Source of the DNA: Stegostoma tigrinum
Taxonomy: Eukaryota
Assembly (NCBI RefSeq): GCF_030684315.1
Contig: NC_081369.1
Location: 32,479,152-32,543,151 of the forward strand
Length of the DNA: 64,000 nt
Reading direction: 5' to 3'
Shown here: piece by piece, positions 23,701 to 35,700 of the stretch
Layout: every line of letters starts with the position of its first letter
Numbering within the stretch: the first letter of the stretch is position 1
The notes under the pieces: generated by a model
What the model was told of the DNA's origin: nothing
The model's input: the letters and a program-made list of their open reading frames with translations, nothing else
Database searches by the model: none
Made by a program: the position numbers and the translations under genes

Positions 23701-26700
23701 AAGGGTCCAGGCCTGAAATGTCAGCTTTTGTGCTCCTGAGATGCTGCTGGGCCTGCTGTGTTCATCCAGCCTCACATTTTATAGATAAATCTGTATTGAT
23801 ATAGATTGACCTAATGTTTCAGTTCACTTATTTTGGTGAAAGTCTAGGACCTGTTGTCAAGTCTGGATCAATCATGCTTGGTTTGATGCTTTTACACTTA
23901 AAGGGGACAATTTTCATTCCAGTATTAGAAGTGGGTATCATAATAGGAAAGTCCCAAAATCAGTCTCCAGTCAGAGTTGCCTACAGGCAATTCACTTGAA
24001 CACCTCTCCTAAATTCGCCATTCACCATCCAAGTCATTGTCTAATCCAGTCCATCTACTAAACAGTAGCAAGCCTCCACCCCATTGATTGTCATTGACCT
24101 ATGTAATGCCAGGTTTTATCAAGTCCCCAATTACACTGAAGAATTTGGCAGATGTCATTGTCTTTGATTTTTTTGGAAGTTCTAATTGATGTACATTACA
24201 AACCTTAGGGATTTCTGGATTAGGTTAATGGAAGCCATGCCATTATTACTATGCATAGTACATCAGAAAGAATCACATTCTTAAAGGACAGCCTTCAATT
24301 CCATGATGTCTTTTCGTCTTATACAATGCACCAGCATTGATTTTAATAACATATTGTGTTTATTACATTGTGAAATGAAATACATTATAGTGTAAACAAG
24401 GTATCTTCGTATCTTTCTACAAGAAATGTTTTAATTCTTAAAGTGCACTGCAATTTGTCAGATGCCTTACAATCCTTTAGATACACAACTAAGCCCTTGT
24501 TGTTCAGTTTCCAATTATTTACCTTTCAGATGAGCCTTTTTTTGTAGGGCAAGTCCTGTAGGAGACGTTCTCATATGGAATATAATTCCGAAAACCATGT
24601 TGACACTATAATCTCCTTAGTTCAACATAAACAACCTTGTGGAGCAAGAAAGATTAAGTTTGATTTCCTTGTTTTCGTTGGGTAAATGTACGATATGTGT
24701 AACATAATAAGCATGGTGACACTGTCAGATTTGCTGGTGACTCGTTAATTATAAGAGACAATGCAAATTTCATCTTGCCTTATTACTTTTCTGTTGTAAA
24801 TTACAGGAATCTCTGAAGTTGTGGTCACCCACAAAGAAACAGTAAAAGCACAAATGGAGAGAATTAAACCCTACTTTGCATTTGATAACTCCAGACCTTT
24901 GCTACAAGAACATTTTACCAGTTTAGTCATTCTCAATGTTCGAGAAAGGAATAAAGCCGAACATGAGCTCCTACAATACAGAGACTATACAGCATGTGAA
25001 CGTATAGATTTAAGACAGCTTCTTTCACCATCTGCGCCTGGGGAAAAACCACCACGAGTCACTCTAGTGCAAGGAGTGGCAGGTATAGGCAAAAGTGTTA
25101 TGATGCAAAAAGTCGTCCATAGTTGGGCCTGTGGAACCCTTTATGTTGGGTTTTATATACTGCTGTATTTCAGTTTTCGGGAGCTGAACACAATCAAGGA
25201 GAAAATTAGTCTAACTGAGCTTATTGTATGTAGTTACCCTCATTTGAGAGCAGTGTGCACTAGGATATTAAAATGGCCCAGTAGGATTCTGTTTTTATTT
25301 GATGGATTGGATGAATTCAAATCATCTCTTGAATTTGGCATTTATTCTCATGTTGACATCTCCGTTGCTCAACACACTAACCATTTGATTGCAAGTATTA
25401 TAAAGGGAGACCTTGTTCATGATGCAACCATCCTTATTACATCCCGCCCAACCACAACTGATTTGGATAACAAAGCATATTTTAATCGTTGTGCTGAAAT
25501 TTTGGGATTTTCCAAAAATGAAATTGCTGCATACTTTTTGAAGTGCCTCAAGGATAAAAATGTTGCTGAACATGTCTTTCGAACAGTGAAGGGCATTGAT
25601 TCCTTATTTGGACTTTGCTATGTTCCTGCATTTTGTGACATTCTGTGTTTCTACCTCCACAAATCCTTTCACAGTAAAGGCAAGTGGTCTCAGCTCTCTT
25701 CCTTTCCCAGGACAATCACAGATTTGTTCCTCAGATTTACCAAGTGTTTATTGGTCTGTGACAATGATGAGGAAGAAGACCCTGAGTCCTTTTGCATAGA
25801 AGATGAAGAAGACAAAAATTAGATCATTAAATTAGCACAACTTGCATGGGATGGAGTCATCAATAAAACAATAATATTCTCAGAAAAAGATGTTGAAAAA
25901 AATATTGCTCAAGGCACAAAATCCTTCTGGAAAAAAATTCTCAACAAGGAGAGCCTAAAAATGGTGCATTCTCACATTTGGCAGTTTTTCCATTTGACGC
26001 ACCAAGAGTTTTTTGCAGCATTATATTGCATTTCTGCAAGTGAACCTAATGTGGATCATGTGCATAAAGCCTTCAGTTCAAAGACCAGTGTGTTTGAGAT
26101 GGTACTAAGGTTCACTGCCGGCTTGGTGTCTCATAGCAACAGAAAATTTGTGAAACAATTGATACCTGAACATCAAGTTAAAGAAAGAGAAGTCTTTGAT
26201 GCCATCAAAAATGTTGCTGCAGTTGACGTCCCTAAAGAAGACACGCTAACTCCGGAAAACAGTATAAAGTATACAGCACTCAAAAGACAAAAACTTACAG
26301 CTTGGCATTGTCTCTTTGAAGCGGCAAATGAAAATTTAACACAACAGGTTGCCTCCCAAACCAGTGATGTTGTAAACTTTTCTTACATTTCTTTGAATGT
26401 GGCTGACTGCACTGCAATTGCAAACCTTCTTTCTTATCATACAACTATTGAAACACTGGAATTAGATGGATGTAAATTCGGAGCTTTGGGTTTCCAAAGA
26501 CTCGAGTCTGTTTTCCCAAGAATCAAAACACTGAGGTATTAAAATGTGATTTTTTTTTGCATATGAGCTTGAAAAATGGAAATACCCTGGAATTTTGGTG
26601 ATTTGGAGACTTTGTCTTTTAAAGATACAGCGATAAGTGTTTAGTAGATTTGTGCTTAATATTGAATTAGTTTACTAGAGTACCATGCATTCCATGTAAA

Positions 26701-29700
26701 TGATGCTGTCAAAATCCTTCACACATGCCTACAGTAAATATTATGGTTTTTTTGGTTTTCATATTGAGTTGTTCTGCAAGTGATACATTTATCTTGTGGC
26801 AAATATTTTTAAATTTTTATTACAAATTCATACAAAAAGTACAAAGATCTATAGATGCTAGAAATTAGAAACAATTTTTCCAGCAATCTCTGCTTTTGTT
26901 ACAAATTCAAACATTTGATATTGAAGTCTCTTAAACAGTAAAAAACATGAAAATCTTTACATTTGATTATTAAATAGCAGATTAATACAAAATATGCGTA
27001 GATTTGAGAGCAATGGTCTAACATAGTTATATGCAGGTCCCATTAACAACTTCGGTTCACAATGCTTAGACGGTTGATTTCGGACTACGAAGTGACTAAG
27101 AGCAACCTTTGAAAATTTGCAGTTTGATTTAGATACTTTGTGTGCCACAGTAATGTGAGCCATTCATTATGATATTAGCTATGGCTATGTAATGTTATCA
27201 TCTCTGAGTCAGTGGGTTTTAGATTAGCCTTGAGCACAGTCTTCAAGCTGACCTTCTGCTGTACCAGCAGATGGTACATTATCTTTGGATTCGGCATTAA
27301 ACTAAGGCCCTGTCTACTCCCTCAGGTAGATTTAGAAGATTTCATGGTAATATTCAAGTAAGGTATCTCGTCAATGGTTATCCCTCAAGTGAAGGATTAC
27401 CCCTCATTAAGAAGGATTATCTGGCCAATAATCTTATTGCTGTTTTCACGTCGGTTGCCAGATTCTCACATCACAAGTGGAACGTGCTTTATTGGGCGTA
27501 AAGTGCCAGGAACACCTTGAAGTCGTGAATACCATCTTACTAAATGCAAATTTTAACTGTAATTAGCCTTTAAAGCAATATTTGCTGACACTGGCAATTG
27601 TGGGCATATATGCATGTGTGCATGTTCAGAAATGTGCATATGTACGTTCTGGATGTGAGTTTGCTCACTGAGCTGGAAGGTTAGTTTTCAGACGTTTCGT
27701 CACCATTCTAGGTAACATCATCAGTGAGCCTCCGACGAAGTGCTGGTGTTATGTCCCGCTTTCTATTTATCTGGTTAGGTTTCCTTGGGTTGGTGATGTC
27801 ACAAACCAGAAGCCCCCCTCAGGCCCATAGGGTTGCTACCTGGAACCTAGAGATAAATGACATCACCAACCCAAGGAAACCTAACCAGATAAATAGAAAG
27901 CGGGACATAACACCAGCGCTTCGTCGGAGGCTCACTGATGATGTTACCTAGAATGGTGACGAAACGTCTGAAAACTAACCTTCCAGCTCAGCGAGCAAAC
28001 TCACATCCAGAGCCCCAACCTGAGCTACAAATCTTCTCAAAACTCGCTAGCATATGTACGTTTCCAAACAATATGTCATCGCAAGTTTATACGTGACATC
28101 ACACAGAAATGTAGTACTGCACACAGGAATTTAAACAGGGCTGCAGTGGTGGGGAAAGCATGCACGGGACATTGAGGAAGGGATTGCTCTCTCCTTCTAT
28201 GGTCCTTCCAATCTCCCTCTCTCCCCACCCACTCCCAGCCCCAGTGTGATTTGAAGTAGCGCATTGTGCACATATGCGGGTGTCAGCAAACACAGCCATT
28301 GCTAAAACTTCCATCTATGCCCATGTCACGCAGATTTAGCTACTCCAATGTTCTCCTAACAGGTTTCAAACTCATACCAAATTTCAATTCAGCAAACTCT
28401 CCTCCATGCATTCATCCATCATCCAGCACTCCTCCTGGTGTTGGCTCCTGATCCACCAGTGCCTCAAATTAATTCTCATCCTTCGGGTTTGAATTTTCCA
28501 ATCATTTTATCATTCCTAATTTCCCTAACTATCAAAACTCTGACTGGAAACTAGCTAGAGCATTCCACATCACCGCCACCCCCAACCCCATGATTGACAA
28601 TTATGCCATCAGCTCCAGTATTTTGGAATACTGATCTAACACCCCACTACCTGTTCCATCGTTTACCTCCTCAAAACCCCAAATTCATAACCCAGCCTTT
28701 AGTCATTTCTCTATATCTCTTCCTATGGTTCAACAGAAAGTGAATGGTATAGTGTTAATGTCCTAGTGTTCGTAATGTCATAGTGCTATTGACCAAGGCT
28801 AATGCTAGTGGACATAAGTTTGAATCCCATCATGCTAGTTGGTGAAATATTAGTTCTATTAATAAATCTGGAATTAGAAACGTGTCTTTTGGTGACCATA
28901 AAACCATTGTCTCTTGTCATAAAAACACATCTGATTCATTAATGCCCTTTAGGAAAAGAATTCTGCCCTCCTCATTTTGCCTCATCTACATGTGACCACA
29001 GAATCATAGCAATGTGATTGACCCTTAACAATGTGATTGACTCTTAACTCCCATCTGAAGTGGTCCAGCAAGTCACTCAGTTGTATCTAACTACTACAAA
29101 GTCTAATAAAAGGAATGAAACTGAACTGACCATATGGCATTGATGAAAACACCAGAAACAACAACAGAATGCCCATCCCTGTCAACCTTGCAAAGTCCTA
29201 CTAACTGACCCTAGGATGAACTTGTGCAAAAGATTCTCCACAGTTACTCTGCAGACTAGTCAAGCAACAGCTTGATATAATCATACAGATGGCACCATAT
29301 CTCACAGACAATGTACCTGACATCACCCATCACCATTCCCAGAGGTGGCAACACAGTCAGGGGGGAGTTGCACCAGGAGTTCCTAATATTTACTCTGGAC
29401 CTTGTGAAATCTGGACATTGTTGGATTAAACATGGGAAAATAAACCTCTTGCCAGCTAGAGATAATAGGAACTGCAGATGCTGTAGAATCCGAGATAACA
29501 AGGTGTAAAGCTGGATGAACACAGCAGGCCAAGCAGCATCTAAGGAGCAGGAAAGCCGGCATTTCAGGCCTAGACCCTTCATCAAAAATGGAATTTCTGC
29601 ATTTCTGATGAAGAGTTTAGGCCCGAAACGTCAGGTTTCCTGCTCCTAAGATGCTGCTTGGCCTGCTGGGTTCATCCAGCTCTACACCTTTGTTATCTCC

Positions 29701-32700
29701 TGCCAACTAGCATTTTTTGCCACTCCCTCAACACCACTCTGTCCGTTCCACCCCACCCCTGGAGATCAGGCCTTACAACGGGTGGTGAGGGAACCAACAA
29801 GAGGGAAAAATTGTACTTGACCTCATCCCCACTAATCTACCCCTAGCAGGTGTATCCACATCATTCTTTTGTTGACATAGGCCTGCCTTCACATTGAGGT
29901 TGCCTTCCATTTTGCTGTGGGGAATACCATGTATTGAATGGAATAGATTTCAAACTGATCTTCAACTCAAGACTGGACATCCATGAGTCACTGTGGGCCA
30001 TCAGCAGGAGCACAGCAGTATTCATCTACAGTCTACAACATCATCATCATCACACTGTACCATGATGGTAAAGCCAGGGATCGGTCCCAGGTCAATGAAG
30101 AGAATAGGAGGCTGTGCCATGAGCAGAAATGGGCTACCTAAAATTGAGGTGTTAACCAGTACAGCTATAGGAATGTAAATGTCATTAGTTGAAAAATATT
30201 CGTAACAACAAGGTGATAATTTTCTTTTCATTCACAGTTTAGAGGGAAACATGCTGGAGGATGAAGGAGCAGAGATCATTGCAAATGCACTCAGAAGTAA
30301 GACGTGCAGAATAGAAATTTTAAGGTAAATTGTCTTTGTCTGTTTCACATCTTTAAAATGGTGTAGTGGATAAAGTCAAATATCAATGCCAAATTTTTGC
30401 TCACTACTAAGATATAAACTAAACAGAATGTTTTTGACTGAAAACTGAGTTTTTAGGAGTTAAAATTCACAGCCGAAGAATGATAAAGTCAATTCTAAAC
30501 TCTTTCCTTGAACTGTCATATCAGTACAGTGTTGATTCCAGGTTCTTAATTTTGTACTTTATAGGAACCAAGACTTACTTTGCATGTCTTAAAGATTAAA
30601 ATGTTAAAAGCTATGATTAGTATAATTTTCTGTTGTTATTTTTGTTATATTAAGACTATTTGATCGAAATACTGTGGCTAAAGCCAGTATGGAAAATGGG
30701 AGGACTCATTGAAGTAAATTATGCAAAAAACACATATTAGCATAAAAGCAGTAATTAATTATTGGGTTTTCAGTGATTACTATATCAATTATTCAGTATT
30801 TTGCCATGCAAGCTTTTCCAAATGAGTTCTCTGATAGTACCATCAGCATTCACTGTTCAAGACAAAATCTTTAAACAAACTTTAAACAAATCAGTGAATG
30901 TGTAAGGACTCTGAAAAAAGGATAACAATCTTACTCATGATTCTGTGCAACTGAATTTTATTGCACGGTGGCTCAGTCGTTAGTACTGCAGCCTCACAGC
31001 ACCACACTTGATTCCAGCCTCGGGCGACTGTCTGTGTGGATTTTGCACGTTCTCCCCGTGTCTTTGTGGGTTTCCTCTAGGTGCTCCGGTTTCCTCCCAC
31101 AGCCCAAAGATGTGCAGGTTGGGTGGATTAGCCATGCTAAATTACCTGTAGTGTTCAGGTGTGTACAGTTTGGGGGCTTATAAGGATGGGCCTAGGTGGG
31201 ATGCTCTGAGGATTGGTGTGGACTTGTTCGGCCAAAGGGCCTGTTTCCGTGCAGTAGGGATTCTATAAATTCTATAAAAATTCTTCTATAACTAATAGAA
31301 CCTGATGACCTGTCAAGCTTATTTTTTTCAAATATATCACGTCATTTGTTTTAGCTGGTTGTAAATAATAATCTTGATCCTCAAAATTAAAATTGATTCA
31401 AAATGTTACTTGCACCATTGTGTTTGTGATTCTAATTAAAAGTAGTATTATAATTGAAGCACTAAATTATAAGCCCTGTTTGACACGTGAAAATACGTTT
31501 CCATCTTGTTCTATATAGTAAGAACCTACATTTCACATTGTAACTGCAATAAATAATTCCCCTGTATGCCGTGCACACTGGACTTTTCGGGGAATTTCCA
31601 AATCAGTTATAAGTAAATCAGATGCTTTCAGTGAAATGATGGACTACAGTGTATCACTATAGCTATATCACTAGCTTCGGGTCTAAGCAAATTATAGGAA
31701 TGATACAGTGTCTGAATATCCGGAACTTTCACAGGTTGAAGCACAACTCCATACAGGAAAAAGGAGCAGCCCAAATAGCTGATGCATTTAAAACAAACAG
31801 GAGTCTGAAAACATTGGGGTATGTAATCAACGTGGCAAAGTAGAATGTTTATCAAACTTGCAGGAGAATTTATACATAAAATTAACTGCTGTTAACATGT
31901 CTGATGATTTTACTTTGTTTATTTTAACAAAATCCTTCTGGTTTCACTAGATTAAGAGCAAACTCTGTCCGAGCTAAAGGTGCCCGTTCAATGGCTGAAG
32001 CTCTAGAGATCAACACAACATTGCGAGTTTTCGGGTATTGTTTATTTACCTCATATCGTTTGTGCACTACGTAGTGATATTACAAAATTTCAGGACAGCA
32101 CTGTTTGTAGTTGGTATTGTTAAGTCCATATTGGATCCTCATCATGACCAAGAGGAATTCTCAGAAGTGCTGACAAAATAACTTGTATGATTAATTATTT
32201 AATAAAACCAAGGTAAAATAAATTGTATCACCCAGCTATAACTAGAGGCACGACTACATTATTATATTATTAATAGTAGCATTGTCCTCTGGAAGTGTTC
32301 ATTTAAAAATAAGGCCTGAACCCGTTGGCAGATATGCTGTGTCATCACCATTTCTCAGTGCCTCAGAGGAAATTTTGATCTTTGCAAAGTGAAAAGTAGT
32401 CACTGCGAGAGCAGAGGTAGTAGGAACTGCAGATGCTGGAGAATCCGAGATAACAAGGTGTGGAGCTGGATGAACACAGCAGGCCAAGCAGTATCTTAGG
32501 AGTAGGAAAGCTGACGTTTCGGGCCTAGACCCTTCATCAGAAATGGGGGAGGGGAAGAAGGTTCTGAAATAAATAGGGAGAGACGGGGTGGCGGATCAAA
32601 GATGGATAGAGGAGAAGATAGGTGGAGGTGAGACAAACAAATTAAAGAGCCGGGGATGGAGCCAGTAAAGGTGAGTATAGGTGGGGAGGTAGGGAGGAGA

Positions 32701-35700
32701 TAGGTCAGTCCAGGGAGGATGGACAGGTCAAGGGGTCGGGATGAGGTTAGTAGGTAGGAAATGGGAGTGTGGCTTGAGGTGGGAGGAGAGGATAGGTGAG
32801 AGGAAGAATGGATTAGGGTGGTGGGGCCGAGCTGGGCTGGTTTTGGGATGTGGTAGGGGGAGGGGAGATTTTTGAAGCTTGTGAAATCCAAATTGGGCTG
32901 CAGGGTTCCCAAGTGGAATATGAGGTGCTGTTCCTGCAAACTTTGGGTGGCATCGTGGTGGCACTGCAGGAGGCCCAGGATGGACATGTCATCTGAGGAA
33001 TGGGAGGAGGAGTTGAAATGGTTCGCGACTGGGAGGTGCACCTCCTCACCTTCCTGGACCTCTCTGTCTCCATCTCGGGCAACCACCTAGAAACTGATAT
33101 CTATTTCAAGCCCACCGACTCCCACAGCTACCTAGAATACACCTCCTCCCACCCACCTTCCTGCAAAAATGCCATCCCCGATTCCCAATTCCTTCACCTC
33201 CACTGCATCTGTTCCCAGGATGAGGCAATCCACTTCCGAAAATCTCATGTCCTCGTTTTGCAAGGACCGCAACATGCCCCCCCACAGTGGTCAAGAACGC
33301 CCTCGATTGTGTCTCCTACATTTCCCACAACACATCCCGTCCCCGCAATAACAACCAAAAAAGTATCCCCCTCGTCCTCACATACCACCCCACCAACCGC
33401 TGGATCCAACACATCATCCTCCGTCACATCCGCCATCTGCAATCCGACCCCACCACCAAAGACACTTTTCCCTCCCCACCCTTATCTGCTTTCCAGAGGG
33501 ACCCCTTTCTCCGGGACTCCCTTGACCGCTCCACACTCCTCTTCAGCCCCATCACACTCAGCACTTTCCCCTGCAACCGCCGTAAGTGCTACCCCTGCCC
33601 CCACACCACCTCCCTCTTCCCCATTCCAGGCCCCAAGAAGACTTTCCACATCAAGCAGAGGTTCACCTGCACATCTGCCAATGTGGTATACTGCATCCAC
33701 TGTTCCCGTTGTGGCCTCCTCTACAGTGGGGAAACCAAGCGAAGACTTGGGGACCACTTTGCGGAACACCTCTACTCAGTTCACAGTAAACAACTGCACC
33801 TCCCAGTCGCAAACAATTTCAGCTCCTCCTCCCATTCCTCAGACGACATGTTCATCCTGGGCCTCGTGCAGTGCCACGATGCCACCCGAAGGTTGCAGGA
33901 ATAGCAACTCATATTCCGCTTGGCAACCCTGCAGCCCAATGGTATCAATGTGGATTTCACCAGCTTCAAAATCTCCCCTCCCCCTACCGCATCCCAAAAC
34001 CAGCCCAGCTCGTCCCCTGCCTCCCTAACCGGTTCTTCCTCTCACCTATCCCCTCCTCCCACCTCAAGCTACACCCCCATTTCCTACCTACTAACCTCAT
34101 CCCGCCCCCTTGACCTGTCCGTCCTCCCTGGGCTCACCTATCCCCTCCCTACCTCCCCACCTACACTCACCTTTACTGGCTCCATCCCCGCCTCTTTAAC
34201 TTGTCTGTCTCCCCTTCACCTATCTTCTCTTCTATCCATCTTCGATCGGCCTTCACCTCTCTCCCTATTTATTTCAGAACCCTCTTCCCCTCCCCCATTA
34301 CTAATGAAGGGTTTAGGCCCGAAACATCAGCTTTTGTGCTGCCAAGATGCTGGTGTGTTCATCCAGCTCCACACCTTGATACCTCACTGCTAGAGCAGTT
34401 GATTGGCTTTCCTTGGTCTAGGAGCTCTCCCTACATTGCTGCAGTGTGTCTGTTTGTGTTGGTGATAGATGGTACACAGAGTGCTGGCCTCCAGATTGAC
34501 TGTGGACCCCAATAGTAGGTCAAATTTTCACCCTTTGTGTATAGAACTAATTGCCAGGGGCAGTAGCAATTAGAACTGGGAAATCCCCATTACAAGGGAA
34601 AAATGAGCATTGAAGCTACTGTCAAGAATGGACAGACTGATTCAAACAGTCTTACACCTGCCTAATCCATGAATTTTTTTTTTGAAACTTGCCTTACAAA
34701 TTAATGGAATCTTTCTGAGGAATTTTGGAACTTTTTTCTCTCTATTCGTGGTCTTCATTTTGCTTGGCCAGGAGAGATTCCTACCATATAGAGCATTACA
34801 GCACAGTACAGGCCCTTCGGCCCTCGATGTTGTGCCGACCGGTCATACCGATCTGAAGCCCATCTAACCTACACTACTCCATGTACGTCCATATGCTTAT
34901 CCAATGACGACTTAAATGTACCTAAAGTTGGCAAATCTACTACCGTTGCAGGCAAAGCGTTCCATTCCCTTACTACTCTCTGAGTAAAGAAACTACCTCT
35001 GACATCTGTCCTATATCTTTCACCCCTCAATTTAAAGCTATGCCCCCTCGTGCTCGCCATCACCATCCTAGGAAAAAGGCTCTCCCTATCCACCCTATCT
35101 AACCCTCTGATTATTTTATATGTTTCAATTAAGTCACCTCTCAACCTTCTTCTCTCTAATGAAAACAGCCTCAAGTCCCTCAGCCTTTCCTCGTAAGACC
35201 TTCCCTCCATACCAGGCAACATCCTAGTAAATCTCCTTTGCACCCTTTCCAAAGCTTCCACTTCCTTCTTATAATGCGGTGACCAGAACTGTACACAATA
35301 CTCCAAATGCAGCCGCACCAGAGTTTTGTACAGCTTCACCATAACCTCTTGGTTCCGGAACTCGATCCCTCTATTACTAAAAGCTAAAACACTGTATGCC
35401 TTCTTAACAGCCCTGTCAACCTGGGTGGCAACTTTCAAGGAGCTGTGGACATGGACACCGAGATCTCTCTGCTCATCTACACTACTAAGAATCTTACCAT
35501 TAGCCCTGTACTTTGCCTTCTGGTTACTCCTACCAAAGTGCATCACCTCACACTTGATGAGATCCTGCACTCTACAAATGAATGACTACACTTGGTGCTC
35601 CAAATCACTGTTCCATTACTGCCAGATAATTGAACTTTCTGTTTTGTAAATCCCCATTTTTTTCCCTTCCTTTCTGAAAGCAGTTTCCTGGTTGCAGGAT

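Noticed and set aside
33000-34028. 342-aa Pro/Ser/Thr-rich ORF
   Set aside because: Frameshifted reading of a Penelope copy: starts in the RT-thumb frame then slips out; not a host gene.
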